The notes under the pieces are model-generated. The model was given only the letters and a program-made list of their open reading frames with translations, had not been told where the DNA came from and did no database searches. 64,000 bases of DNA from Setoptus koraiensis (taxonomy: Eukaryota; Animalia; Arthropoda), in the NCBI GenBank assembly GCA_048013815.1, contig CM106586.1:22320001-22384000 (forward strand). The letters are read 5' to 3'. Position 1 is the first letter of the stretch. Every line of letters starts with the position of its first letter. Positions 38,601 to 53,600 of this stretch are shown in pieces. Made by a program: the position numbers and the translations under genes.

Positions 38601-41600
38601 CAGTGCCGCGGCGGTGGCCAGTTATTGCGCAACTAACACATTCACACGTGTGTGTTTGTGTGTGTAGTGCTAGTTACATAACTGTGTGCGCTAGTTAGTC
38701 GTGAATCACGTAACTTGGGACGCAACAACGGTAAGGCGAGCATGACGCATTTAGGCTAAAACAAAACAGCTCAGTGTCTTATTATGAGACGCGCCGTTAG
38801 GCAACGAGCGTGCTGCTTAACATGCAAACTTTTGCGCCTCGCCATCATCACTTTTGGCGAGCTCGTGTCGTGTCTTGTCGAGTTCGTAGGCCGTGTCGCA
38901 ATGTTGTTGGTTGTTACTGGTTGTTGTCTCTGTTGTTGTCCCTGTTGTTGTTGGTTGTTGGTTGTTGTCGGTTGTTGGTTGTTGGTTGTTGTCGGTTGTT
39001 GGTTGTTGTCGGTTGTTGCTGGTTGTTGCTGGTTGTTGTCGCCGTGGCAGCGTTAACACGCCAAACAAAAGATTAACACTAATGACAATTATGTTGCCTG
39101 ACTCAGGCACAAACCCAACTCAGATAGCAGTAACCTGAGGCAACAAACGGCCCAACAGCCAGCGAACAACGAAAGGCGAGTCGCCGGCCAGTTGTCGATC
39201 GAGCCTTGTATCAGGTGGCGTTGTTTGCTGTTGGCCCCAATGACACCAGCAAACAGCCCGCTGCGACCTCTTCTGGGGCCCCTTTTGGAGCCCATCGAGG
39301 GGCCGAACCGAGCATCCCGCAACTATAATCTCTTGTTGTGCCGAGTCTCTCTGTCTAACGACTCGCAGCAACCAAATATTGGCTCAATCTGTGCCGAGCC
39401 ACAAGCGAGCTGAACGGGCGCCACACTGTTTAGTTTAGAGCTTCAACGAGCCAGCGCGCCATTCATAGCCAAACAGCGGAACAGATCGGATTTGGTCAGC
39501 GAGTCGCTCGCTGGCCGCTAGCAGGCACTGATTGGCGCTAGGCGCCGTATCTATTGGCCGGTGGCCAGGCGCAGTGTCCATTGGCCGGTCGCTAGGTGGT
39601 CGCTAGGTCCGTCGGCGGGCCGGGCCAATTGCGGTGGCCGGTTGTTGCGGGCGCGGGTCAGTGAGAGGGGCCGAGCACTGACTGCGAGCGGCACAAACAC
39701 AATGGACGCACAGAGGATAAAGTTTCACCCGTTGCCGATCGACGCTGGGCCCCAATCGCGAGCGCGAGCGCCAGCCGACTGCTGACGCTGCGCAAAAAGA
39801 AATCGCCACTGCTACACAATATAATGGGCTAATGGCATAGATAATTGCCAAATTAGCCGCCGATGGCGCAATTACAATTAGCAGGTATATCGGCGCTATA
39901 TATAGTGTGCCGTGGCTGGCAATAATCGGGTACAGCGGACAATATACCCGACACGAGTCGCTCGCCACATAGTAGCTACGTAGTAGCCCAGTTAACCGAG
40001 TCAGTTTAACCGATTCAGTGTAAGCGAGTTTGTTTGACCGACTCGGTCAGCTTTTGTTGGGCGCCCTCGCTCGGCCAATACCGATCACTGGCCGTGGATA
40101 AACTGAACGCGGCCTGGTGGGCCCCAAATTGACTCGTAGTGGGCGTCATTGTCATTACGGGCTGATTGTTTGTCGGCTTGTCTTGCCAGTGCCACGGCAC
40201 CACTGAACAAGCGTTGCGCTAATGGCAAGAGGGCGCCCTTGTTGAGTTGTTTTGTGTCACTAAACCTCCGGGCAACCCTAACTATCAAAAAGTTGTCGGC
40301 CCCACTTAATTAAGGCGCGCCTCTGGTGCGCCATTCCCAGAAATGCGTCACAAATCATGGGAACCATCCAACGATTTCTAGATGATCGACTGAAATGAAA
40401 ATTACAATTAAGCCACGGGCCGTATGAGACCACGTTATAGAGTCCACGACAGCTGCACAACAACAGCTGGCTGTCAGTTTGGGCACGGGCCCCAAACTGA
40501 TCGATCCCTAGAGCGATTCATTTAAACTGAAACAACAACAATTGCCACAATTCAGCCGCTGCCCCATTCGGCCGCTCGGCGCCCAGGTGAGCCAACGGCG
40601 GAGTGCAATGGAAATTCAATGAAAACTTAATGAAAACGGATGCTCCGAGCCGCACAATCGGCACGAGCGACATTGGCCCCTTTTCTGGCGCCATCACTTG
40701 GGGCTGTATGAATTATTCAGACTGTTTTATAGTTTTCAGGTTTGTGGCTGCCACTTCGGGTCGCTTCCTTCTGGTCGCTTCCCGCTGGTCGCTTTCTTCT
40801 GGTCGCTGGCTCCCTCTGGCTGCGGTGCGCTTTTTGCCGGCCCGGCCCGAAGCGCCCGAAGTGCCCTAAAACACGCGACCAGTTGACTCTGTGCCCGCGA
40901 TTGTCTCCCTTCGTTTGCTCGTTTCAACCAGCCGCCACCGGCCGGCGACCGAAAAGCTCTCGACCGACTTGTGCCACCCTAAAGGGACCAAACCAGGCTA
41001 TGCTCGCAAACGCGTATCTGCACAGCACTTTGCAACATTTCGCTGTCTTTTTCGACGAAACAAAGGCCAACAAGCCGAAATTTCTCTCAATTCTCGTATA
41101 TACATTTATATGTGGCATGCTGTTGCCGCTGCACTGTCGCTACTGTGTCTGGGCCAGTCGCAAAAGTCGCGAGAGTCGCCCGCAATTCGCATTCTTCGAG
41201 CTGGCTCAACGACTAGATAAATGCTCAATCTCGTGGCGCCCGATGTTGCGCTCGCTGCATGCGACCGCTCGATCCCTCGGGGCCCCAAAAAGAAAGCTCT
41301 CAGTGTGTGTTAGAAAAAGCTCGAAAAGCAACTTGCTGTTGCAATTTGGTGCGCCCGCAGCAAAGTAGCTTCAGCAGCCACTAGTTTTACAGAATACAAC
41401 TTATATTATATAAGTGAGTCGTCTTGTTTCGCCCAGCACCGGTGCTGGGGCCCGCTCGCGTCGCTCTATAGACACTGGCCTCGTTCGCCGTTCACTTGCC
41501 TCTGATCACTGATGGGATCTGAACTGAATCGATGTGGGCCACGCTCATGGCACAATTGTAATCACGAGGCGCTTCTGGCTAATTGATGGCAAACTCGCGC

Positions 41601-44600
41601 TCACGCTAAACAAATTCTTTAAAAGAATCTTGGTCGCTCAAGAATCTGATCATCAGCGGCCACAAATGCCGCTCACTGGGCACCGGCCGGCGAGCTCTGG
41701 CGGGCGAACACTGATTGACAAATTTCAGCGGGGGCTCGCCGCAAATCCGTCACACTGCCAAAGTGGGGCCATTTAAAGATGTGACCGAAGCGGCCACCAA
41801 TGGCAGCCGCTGATCAATCACACTTTTTGAGCGCCCGCAATTTCGATTTGCGCGCTCGCAATCTCTGATCATCAGAGTCTGATCATCAGAGTCTGATGGC
41901 GGCACGAAGCAACGGGGCCCGTCCGACGCGCAATCCCGCGCAACCCGACACGACTGGCCAGCGACCGATGGCACCTGAGAGTTGCTGAGCGTGTCAATTA
42001 GCCCGTCACTGACACATGCAACGCAATCTAACATTCACTGTTTGGGGTCCGCGTCTGAGCCGTCTGGGGCGTCTGAGGCATCTGGGGCGGAGGTTTGCGC
42101 GGGTGCCACAAACATGCCCCGTCAAATGAAGTGAGGCCAAGTGAGTGTGTCGGCCAGTGCGGCCGGCAGGTATATCGGGGCACTCGCTGTGGGCCGGTGG
42201 GTGCCGTTGCGGCCCGCAGCCGCAGTCAGTGTGCGCTGGCGGGCGGCCCGATACAATATAACGCGATACAATGCGACATAATAGATACATGCCGGATAAT
42301 AACCATCCATCTTATTTATCATAACGGGACACAATGAGAGAGCTCGCAACATTGTCATTTGTTGTTTGCTGGCGCCACACAAAACAGCCAGCGACTGTTT
42401 GGGTGCAGTCGCTCGTTGCCCGTTGGCGGCCCGGCTCGTTGGCGGCCCGGCTCGTTGGCGGCTCGAATCGTTGGCGCGGCTCACTTGCGCTCGCCAACTT
42501 GCCAGTTCGCAGCTCAGTTCGAGCTGGATGGGGCCCATTTCGAACGCCTCCTGTGCCGTTGCATTATTATCTTGTTTGGCCGTGGTCGTCGTCGCGCAAT
42601 GCCCATGAGCACCGACGGCATTTTGTCTCTTTCGGCTAGCAGTCGCCTTTTCGGTGGAGTCGCCCTCTTGGTGGCGTGTCGCTGCTCGTGACTGCACGAG
42701 TCACGAGCAGCAGTGTCACTCCTAGCGGCAGATACGCACAAGATGAGGCCAGAGATAAATGGTTCAGCTAATCGAATCGCTGCTCGCAACTACTCAAACA
42801 ACTTGACTAGTTGCACTACAAGCCTCAACATCACGCCTTACGCAACACAACACAACATAACAACATATCAACTATCAATTTGCACGTCAATTGATCTTGT
42901 AATCGTGTGTGTGTGTAACGCACCAATCGTGACGTAACCATCGAGCTGATTGCGTCATCATTACGTCCATCGCTATCATCATCATTATGGCGCGGCCGTA
43001 AACGGTCGCACTGTGGGCGCCAGCGAAAATTGTTGCTTGTCCAGGGCGGAGGACAAATTCGAAATTCGCCATTTCGATATTTCGCAATTTCGATATTGCT
43101 CAGTTCGCAGTTCGAAATTTCTCATTCGCAGTTCGGAAACAGAATTTTCCGAATTTCGAAATTCTGGAAATTCTGGAAATTTTGAAATTTTGAAATTCTG
43201 AAATTTCGAAATTTCTGCACTGTGAGTCTGCGAAGTTCGTGACAGGAGAGGGCCGAAAAAAAGCCGAAATCCTGGCCATCGAGCGAAATTCTTCGCTATC
43301 CTGCCGCGGCGAATCGACGCGACTAATGGGCCGAACTCGCGAAATCGGCACAAACATTTGCACGTATGGCCAATTTTTCGCCGGAAGAGGTCACTTTTGC
43401 GACCAATTCCAATTTGAATTGCGAATCGCCAACGTGCGCTTGTCGCAGCGCGATCTGGCCTGTTTTGTTTAAACTTTTTCGAGCGGCCGCTCGAAACTGC
43501 TAACACTTGATATGGCTGGATGAAGAAAAAGCGTGCCCCTTCTCGCCCTATTAAATCGCAATCGCATCGCGCGCTTTATCGGGCTGCTCGTATGATCTAA
43601 TGGCGTTCGTCTGGCGCCGAGTGACCAAACAAATGGCTAGAGTGTGTGTGTGTTCGGCTGGCGTGAAAAGCAAACAACTTGGGGCACCAAACATTTCGGT
43701 TTGGTGGCGGCGATCTTATCTGGGGCCTTGTGTGTATTCTTTTCGGCGCACTATATCACTTGCAACTTCACTTCTGTGGTTTGAAATCTTTCGAGAATTG
43801 CGCCACTATCTGTGCCGTTTATCTCTGGCCTGTTTATCCGTATAAAGGAAGATTGTTTTTGATTGTCTGTGCAATCACTTGAAATCGGCGAGCTCTTGCC
43901 GGCTCTGCGTTTTTGTTGCGTTGTGTTGTGTTGCGTTGCGATGTTGGGATCCATTCTTTTTTGAATGATTTTGAGTGCGCGCCAGACAACAACTGCAACC
44001 AATCTCTCATCTCTCCCACAAGCGAGTGTGTGACTGGCGCTTGCCGGGGATTTCGGCGAGTCGTTAGCCGAGATCCGCGGCCCGCAGCTACCCAACGGAG
44101 ATACCTGGCGCCCAGTTAATGCCGGGGCTGCCTTAATGATCGCGATGGCGCTGCAAGATTAACCCGGCCCTCACCGAGCTTAGCCGGCCAAGATTAGCTC
44201 TGGCGCTTCGCCTCTCGTCTGGGGCCCATTTGTGTCGGCCGCACGCGGTACCTCGTGTGCTGCCGCAAAGCGGCCTGTGCGTACCCCTTTCTGCCGGAGA
44301 CATGTTTTTACTCTAAATTCGCGCAGCGCCCCACGCCACGGATAATAGCGCGCCTAAATGAGCTCCATTCGGGCCGATTCGGCATTCTGTCGCTAGCTTC
44401 TCGACATGTTTATTGCGTTTGCACGGGCGGGCAAAATGAGTGAATGCCCGTCAGCTTTGCCCATTTCTCTTCTTCTTGTTGTTGTCCTCTTATTTTCAAC
44501 TCGCTCTTTTATTCTTACCATTTTGGCGGCGCCGATACGGGGCCCCAACTGGCGTGTTTGGCGTTTGTTGTTGGTGCGCGATTTGAGTCGCCCCCCCCCC

Positions 44601-45793
44601 CAATTCGAGCCCAGCGGAGACTTGCGAGCGCAAAAATAAGCACTGCGGTGATAATAACAGCGAGTTATATTTACGACTCGGCGCTAGCCGTTTTTTATCA
44701 TTGCCCATCTCTTCGCCGTTGTACCGTTTATCTGGTGGGCGCTATTTGCACATTACACATTACATAATAATATCGAATGTCACACGCACCCACACAAAGA
44801 CGCCACGCAACGTCACCTATCTATCTTGGGCGGGAATCTTTGCGGGGGCCGCCAGCCGCCGTCGCCGCCAGCTCGTGCAGTTTAACGCGGAGAAAGTGGC
44901 GTCAATCGCGGGCCCCCTCTCTCTAAAATGAGGCCGGCAAGTCGCAAATGAGCAGCCATTTAATATTATGACTATTCCATGTCTATTAGAGTGAGGCAGC
45001 TCATAAAGCCGCCAGCTCGCCCAAACTGTCTCGGCCAAATCTACATGACGAGCCTGTCGCTGACTCGGGGCCCCGACTTTACAACTTTTACATGCGCATC
45101 CATTGTATACAAAACGAAAATCGGGCGCCCATCCAACGACCTTTGCTGTCACCGTCACTGTCTGTCGCTTGTGTTCGTGCAAAATACAAGTCGCAGCGAC
45201 GCGCCAGCCGTCTAATGGGGCCCACTCGGGACCGCGGGCCGGTTGTCGCTGACACTATTACACAGACAGGACAGTCGGCACAGCGCGCTGCTCGTGAGCC
45301 CGACCGACGCGCGGCCGCAAATTCACCTGTGGGCTCGCTGGCCGGCGCCCGGCGGCCCTCTAGCCGCGCCGGAACTGCTCGGGATGGTTCGAATGGCGCG
45401 AATTATAGGGCCGGCGGCCCAGGGCTCACCTTGATGGAGCTCGGCAGCTTGTCTTTATTTCTTTTTCTTTCGCGAAAGAGTGACGCCGGCCTGACGAGCA
45501 AGGTCGCCCGGCCGGCCGCGCAACGGGCACGTCGCTCGCCGACATGATCGATTTTGTGCAGCGGCCGTCATTTCCCTTTCTCCTGGCGGCGCCCCCCGCT
45601 CGCCCGCCCGCCCGCCATTCACGGCGCCCTCTGTGCACGCTGCTCGCGCCGCCATTCACGGCGCCCCCTGCACGCTGCTCGCGCCGCCAGGACGATCTTT
45701 GTTACATAATAATATATGTAGCGCCAAGATGGATATGTATTTTTGCGCTTGCACGTTGCGGCAAACTGGCGCGCCGCCAGAGGCACGCGCCAG

Positions 45794-45895
45794 CCAGACA
45801 TTGCAGTGGGCCAGATATTGCAGCGAGCCAGATATTGCAGCGGGCCAGATATTGCAGCGGGCCAGATATTGCAGCGGGCCAGATATTGCAGCGAG
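45794..45895. repeat. 17-bp tandem repeat CCAGATATTGCAGCGGG x6
   Basis: Read directly from the sequence. Confidence 0.92.
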
Positions 45896-48800
45896 CGGTT
45901 TGCCGTGATATGCGGTGATTTGCGGACAGAGCCGTTAGGCGGCGGGCCGCTTGTGCGCGAGTTTGCATGATAAATATCGGCCGGCCGGGCTGGCGTCATC
46001 ATTGGGCGAGCCGGAGCGGTTTGCTGGCGGGCTTTTGCCCGAAAAAGTCTCGCCAAAAGTTGTTGTTGTTGTATGGGTTCCTTTCTTGGCCTCTCGTAAT
46101 CTGCGTTACGGCTGCTACTCGGCGCCGAGATTTATTGTGTGACTGCTGGAGTGTATCTAGCGTTTTGTTCTCGTCCGTTTGAATGAAGTATGTTGCAATG
46201 TGGCGCTTGATGCTTGCGTGCGCTCGGCCCGTCGCGGCTCGAAGCGGCTTGGGCCCAAATTATTTTAAAAAAGAATGATATCGCATTATATCATTATTAT
46301 TAAAATTTCGCCCGCCGCTTGATGCCGCGCTGTTCGGCTGCCGACTGTCTAGCCGGCAGCCGACAACTGTGCAACTGTGCGCCGCTGTGGCAGCTTAGCC
46401 AGCGAACGGGGCCCAATTGCTGGGCGGCTCAGGCGACTCGTCGTGATATATTGTTCGCGCAGTAGCTATATCTATTTTGATCTGTTTAACCATTGTGGCG
46501 CCGGCGGCCCAAACGTTAACAGGGTTAACGTTAACAGCCCAGTTGAACCCAGTTTCGCGCGCTGTAGCGATCCGATGCGCGCCAGCCCAAGATGGGGCTC
46601 CGAGGCTCGCGCTGGCTAGGGGCCCCCAGCGCCAGCGACACTGATGATTATGATGATGGTTCAATTGCAATCGTTTAAAAGTGGGCCCGCCAACTTAACA
46701 TGCACACGCTGCCAGCGGACAAGTGGGCAGATATGCGGCCGCCGGCGCGCTCACGGTTCAGCTCCGGAGGGCCCGCCGACAAGAGCGGCCCAACGAGACG
46801 GCCCGCTAATAGCTGCGTCTGTGCGCTGGGCCGGGCCGCGGCCCGCGCTCGACCGGGTCAAATTAGTGGCCATTTGGCCCAGTGCGCCACTCTCAATTCG
46901 ATAGCGTGCGCCGTTCGTTAAAACGGGTTCCGGATGGCCGGCCCAAGTTTGAGTTTACCGGGCCGGCGCGGCCGATTTGTGGCGCGCATTATCCGCGTCC
47001 CCATGCCTCTGCGCCTCTATGCCTCTGTGTCTCTGCGCCTCCATGCCTCTGTGTCTCTGTGGCGCTATGCGGCGGCGGCGGCGACCATCATGCTCCCATG
47101 CGCCCCCGCCAGATATATATGTGATACCACTAATGATCATTGCGTTGTCTCCCCTGGATAGATTCTGCAAACAGATACAGATAGCCGGACGGCCGAACGC
47201 GCCAGCGGTCGCCGTGCTGCACCGACTGTGCCATGTATATCTGGCGGCTGTACGTTGTATCCGCTGGATGCGTTTGTCGGGGCATTTGTAGCCAGCGCGC
47301 CGATGGCAGCAACGACGACGATGATGATCATGATCATGGCAATAACGGTTCCATAACCGCCAAATAAACTGCGATTTTTCGGCCAAAATCAACGAAGCGA
47401 GATGAAAAAATTAAAATAGGCCACTGTTTATCGAGCCAGTGGCGCCGCCGCTCGCCGGGCCCCGTTCGGCCGACATATCGTCGTACAGTTATGAGTTTTC
47501 CAGTGAGCGAGCCAACGACGATCGGCCAGAGACTTTATTTTTACCGTTTCGCCATTGTGCCGTTTCGCCATATCGGCGTGCTTTTTTCTCCATTTCGTCG
47601 TTTCGCCGTTTCGCCGATCCGCCGTTTTGCCGTTGTGTCGTTTCGCCGTTTCGCCGTTTCCAGATTTCACCATTTTGCCATTGCCCCGTCCGAGAACCGA
47701 GCCGCTCCAAACTTTGGACTCCAAAATCTGGCCTCAAAGTGAAACGTTTGGCCCCGCGAACGAGCAAGCGACTGCGCCCACCGGAGCGGCCGCTTCGATC
47801 GCGTGTCCCGCCGCGGCGCCAGTGTTACGTAATTCGATTGATGCAACACACTATGCATGACACAACGCAATATGTATGCATCTTGCATTGTGATTTTGTC
47901 TCGTCTGACAACGCACGCACCTTGTTATGCAAATGTCGACCCCGCTGGCGCAAGACAATCGACGAGCCCGGCATCGGCGAGCATCGACATTTGCATGCCT
48001 GACAACTGGCTGTGGTCAGCTGACGAGCTGATTGCATCAGCTGACAAGTTGTGAGTGCATGAGTGACAGTCGGCGGCGAGCTGTCACTGGCGAGCTGATG
48101 ATTTTATTGCGCAATTTATTGTTGTTGTTGTTGTTGTTATTGCAGTTTTGGGCTGCAGTCGTTTGTGACAGTTGCGCCAATACGGCGCCAATATCTGACC
48201 GCCAGCTGACTGTCAAATGCTCGCATATTTGCAACTTCTCCAAAACTTTTCCCATTGTGTGTTGATTCAAGGCGCACTATTGCGCATATTGGCTCAGTGT
48301 GCGCCGTGCACGCGCGTCGCTGACAAGTGATGGGCGCACAAATTGGCCAACTTGATATTATACTTTAAATGAAACGAAATCGCGTCGCGAAACGGCCACA
48401 ATGGGAAAAGTTTGCAATGGCAATTGTGCGTCGCTGCGTGCGATTTGCGCGCACAAAAGCCCATCGATGGCAAACGAGCGGCACACAACTGAAAATTGTC
48501 ACTTATGACCTGATGAATGGCCAATATTGTGCCTGTTTGGCCATTTCTGTTGTCGTTGTCGGGCTCGTTGGCGCGAGCCAGAAACGACCGACAGCAGCCG
48601 TGGACAGTATTCACAAGTCAGACATAATATTTAGGTGCAGCAACTGGCGAGCCAATTGGCCGCTCTTCGATCGTTAATTGATCAACTGTGTCCGTCGATT
48701 GACATAATCACTCTCGCGGTCGGCCCCATATCGGCCGATATCGGCCGACATCGGCTGACGTCGGCCAGCGTGATGATAGCAAACGGATCGGATAATAATA

Positions 48801-50689
48801 TCGGCCGACTGGTGATTAGAGCGAGCCGCTGTGAACTGGCCAGGCTGGCGATGTCAGTGCGTGTTTCCGCAATCAACACATCACATTGTGCGATATCCAT
48901 GGATAAATTTCAAATTTCAACCCAACTCATCGAAGCGCCCATATCGGGCCACGTCGCGCTGGCACCGGTAAGGTTCCGGTTGCAGGTTGTTGGCGGGGCG
49001 GGCGCGACACGCTCGTCTCGATGATTATGCAAATAAGCCACTTGTGCGGGCATCACCATCGCCATACACAGTTAAGTGTTTGCTCGACGATATGTTGGCC
49101 ATATCGGCGATAGTGATGGAGTGCGCCAGTTTCGCGCCGGCGACATGAAAATTGATTCGCGCCCCCAAACGCGTGCTCGGCTCGGCTCGTGTCGACGAGC
49201 GCCGCAAAGTGCTCAAAAGTGTTGATTGAATGGGGCCCGGCGCCGGCTCGTGTCAGCGCACGCCAACGACGCCCATATCCAGCGCGCGCCATCCATTTAT
49301 ATTGGCCCAGTTCGCCCAATTTAAATTTGCCCAGCTCGCTGGGCTGGCTCGCGCACAGTTATTATGGCGGCACCGCAACTGGGGCCCATGATATCAGAGC
49401 TCATGTGTTGTGTTATAACTAATGCAACAAACTATGATTATCGCTGATGCACACACACACACACACACACTGGCTGACTGACGAAATCAAATCTTTGTCT
49501 CAGCCCAACGCGGCTCAAATGGGGCGCCAATTTGAGTATGGGCCCCAGTGGCTCGCCGATGCGAGCGATTGGGGCCATTCCGCATTGACGCCGAAACAAT
49601 GATTGCGCGACGCAATCATCATTATTGTTGCTGGCTCGGCCCGCCAGCCCATTGGACTGAGCCCAATGCGGCCCGCCAGCCCGCCGACCAGCCAGCATCG
49701 CTCTGGCGCCTCCAGCGGGCCCATGCGCCGCGGTCTCGCCGGCGCTGTCTGTCTGTCGTCTTGGTCATATCGATCTAGTCGGCGGCGGCGAGCAGCATTA
49801 GACAAATGGTTCGTCCCAAGCTGGCGCGCCCGCTGCCAGCCAGCGCGTTGTGGATAGCGAGCCACAGCGACGAAAGGATATTTTTTCGCTAATTTCGCGC
49901 GACAACGACAATTTGTTTTAGCATACACACACAGCGGCAACGCCAAATCGATCGGCCCCCTCCCCCCTCAAACACTTGATTGACTTTGCCAGAGAAGTGT
50001 TCGGGCAGCTGACTCGCCAAAGCAAGCGGCCGGCCCGACCAATGACATCAGATAATAATAATCAATCGAGTGATTTTGTTGATCAAACGACTGCAAATGG
50101 AAATGGCGCACTATAAATAATCAGCGTGCTATACTGTTTATGCGCGCGCTGTGCACTGTTAGTGTTACAATAGTACACAGCGCGAGCTTGTTTGTTTGTT
50201 GGACTTGGGGGCCCCGCTTAGCGCTCGCACATGTTTTTTGAGCTGGCTAGGCCGCTTTATAGCCAGCGAGTTGTGTGCCAAATTGTGTGATCAGGGGCCA
50301 AATCAGGGGAGCCGCGCAATAGCGGGCCAGTGATCAGTTTGAATAAATTATAGGCGCTGCATTGACAATACAAACAACGGTATCGCACAATATTTTTGCG
50401 GCCGGCCCGGCCCGGCGAGAAACAACAACAAAACATGAAGCTGACTTTCTCTCTCTCTCTCTCTCTGTTTTCATTCATATCAAATTATCCCCTTATCCGG
50501 CCGCCGCCATATCTCTGGATGCTGCCCGTATCAGCAAAGCGAGCGGCAATAGCAACCGTAATATCGCAAGACAACACGATGTGATCAACATCACATGCTT
50601 AATGACACAACAGAACAGCCAACGAGATAGACACAGGAACTGGGGCCCAATGCCCCACACACACAACAAACAGCATACTCACAGACAGT

Positions 50690-53600
50690 ATGGACAACGA
50701 AAGCGACTGGCAAGCTAGCCAGCAGCACATGACAAGGACGACAAGCATGGCATCTAGTGGCGCCAGTGGCACCACTAGGTTGAATTTGAATCAATTGCAA
50801 GCGGATGAAAAGAGCAAAAAGAAATATAGGGTCACGCCGACGAGGGCGCCCAAAATGTCAGACAATGATGCCAACAGTACATGCAATATTAGATCGTGGT
50901 CGACGACTAATCCGCTGCCGGCGAGCTCGGCGCCACAGTCACGCATTTGCGGCACTCTAGGTGCAACAAATAATTATCAATTATCTAATAGCAACAACAA
51001 CGACAACAACGACAGCAACAACAACAACAAGGTGACCAACAAACAAAAGACACGCGCAAAATCATGGCGAAAGTCAACAAACAAAGCAGCAACGACAACA
51101 ACATTGACAACACAAACCGCATGTGCTCGTGCCACCGCTAGTGACACATCATATAATACTGACAGAGGCAATAATAATAATAACAACAACAACAACAACA
51201 ACAATGACAATGTTGGTCATCACATGAACGAGATTTACTCATCAACGGCCAGCAGCAACGTGACAGCGGCAATGAGTGGCGACGATGACGCAACAAGCAT
51301 CACCAATATGACTGTGACCACTACGGCCGATGACAGCGAGGCGGCAGCGGCGAGCGATGAGCACAACTCGTCTATTGTGACAGCAGCGGCACAACAGCAA
51401 CAACAGCAACAACAGCAACTGCAACAACTGCAACAACTGCAAACGACGGATTGGTTGTGCAATAGTAATCGGAGCAGGCAAACAATATCGCACGCGGGCG
51501 CCAATGGAAACGGCAACAACAACAAACAGCGCAATAATCGCAGCGGCGGAACAACAACCACTCGAAAACAACGACGTTGTCGAGACCGAGAAACGGAACA
51601 CGACGCAGACTGCGACGACACAACCACAGCCACCAGTGCCACCGACTACGACACCGACAACGACAGTGACGCAACCACGGACAGGATGTCACTGAGGGAA
51701 GACGAGTCGATAGCGCCCAACTGCAGCGCCAACAACGACAACAACAACAGCAACTGCTACGACAACAGCAACAACGACAACAACTGCTACGACAACAGCA
51801 ACAACAACGGTAACGATGATGTCACTTTGGCCGCCTGTCACGTCTCCGAGCGCCGTCATCAGCAACAGCGGCAGCAGCACCTCTCCGATGCCAGTTCGCT
51901 CGATGAAATCTATCAGCGCCGCCGCCAACAACAACCGCAGCAGCAGCAACAACAACCGCACAACAACGTAACGGGATTAACCGCTGACACCTGTGCTAGT
52001 TTGCCTTGCACCACCGACCAACGGATTGCCTATGCCGTCAGCGGCGCCACCAGCGCGCAGCAAGAGCAGCGCGTGCTGCAGCACGCGCTAACGTCGCGCG
52101 CCCTCTGCGATAATGGGGCGGCCGCTGTTGCGTCATCGCTGGCATCTTTCAAAGCCCAACAACAACAACAACAACAGCAGCAGCAGTACTCTAACAAGTA
52201 TCAAGTAGCGCCATCTGAGCACAACGGCGCAAATCTAAACACTTTTGCCACTTACCGTTGCGCGGCCAATGCCCTCGCTGGCGGCGCTGGTCAGCAGCCA
52301 GCGGCGCATTATCCGCTGCTGGCGCAAGATAATTTCATATCGCAACAACTGGGCAGTCGCGCCAACGACACCAACAACTGGACGGCGAGCGATCGATTTG
52401 TCATGCCACAACAGCAGCAGCAGCAACGCACCTTGAGCCAACTGGACGCGAGCCATCTCCAGTTGGTCAACTGCAACCAGTTCAGCCAGAGGGTATCGCT
52501 GTCGGGTCACGCCAACGGCAGCGGCATCAACAGGACAGCGGACAAAACTAACGCGGCCGAGCTATCAGCCACGTCGGGCCCCCACGAGCAGCAGCAGCAA
52601 TTGCAATTGACCGCGCCGGACAAACTATTGTCGTCGTATCGTATGCAAGTTTCGCCGATGCCCTTATCGTCGTCCGCGCTCGTCGCCCCACATCCAGCCG
52701 CTGCCTGCATGACGCAATTTGGCAAGCCCGCCAGCAGCGGCAGCACGTATCAACCGGAACCGCCGCCGCCGCCGCCACAGCAGCAACAACAACAACAACA
52801 GCAACAACAACCACATCCAGCGGCATCAATTTTGTCCGCGGCGACAACAGCAACAAATAACGCGCAGCAGTGGCAAGCCAGCTCGCAGCCGGTTGTGGCC
52901 CAAATATGTGATTATGTGTCATCGCGAGCCACTATGCAACGACAACAACCGTTGCAGTTTCCGCCGCCGCCACCGTACACCACAACAGGACAGCAACAGC
53001 AACAACAGCAACAGCAGCAGCAGCAGCAACAACAGCAACAACAGCAGCAACAACAGCAAGCGACAAACAAACAACAGCAACTGTACGCTAAGCAAACAAT
53101 GTTGCGCAACGACGCCAACAACAACAACAAACATGAGCAGCAGCAGCAGCAGCTTGACAGCAATAATTTAATTTATCAGGACAGAGATAGCATTAATGAC
53201 ATGCTCGCAAGCATGGCATTGAACAAACAATTGCGCCGCTCTGCCTCATCCTCAAATTATCGCCTTCATCAACCACAAACCAACAACCAACAGCAACCAC
53301 CGGCAACGGCCACAATACCCAGCGGCCCGACAGACGCTGGCAACGACTGGGCAAGTCGGGTATTGCGCGCAAACAGCAGAACGTTGGGCAGGCCACACCA
53401 ACTGGCCAACATGACAAACATGCCATTTTCAATGGAAACCGGAAATGGCTCCGCTGCTGCTGCCGCTGCCGCGTGCCTCTTGCCTGGCGCGCCGGGCTTG
53501 GGTATGAGTGGCCGAGGTGCACAACTGATGACAAAATCGTCGCATCATATAGCCATGAGCGGCGACGGCGGCCACAATGAGCCGCGACGAGCCGGCCAGC

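Noticed and set aside
43060-43220. Cluster of GAAATTTC/TTCGAA motifs resembling heat-shock elements
   Set aside because: The spacing mostly does not give contiguous nGAAn inverted triplets; it is better explained as a degenerate local tandem repeat.
45794-45895. Regular short repeats as a CRISPR array
   Set aside because: The units are contiguous with no unique spacers, there are no cas genes, and the context is eukaryotic.
36073-48968. Consensus-like + strand splice donors (36073, 36210, 38731, 40587, 48968) as 5'UTR exons of the aminopeptidase
   Set aside because: The number seen is compatible with chance in 26 kb; this needs transcript data.
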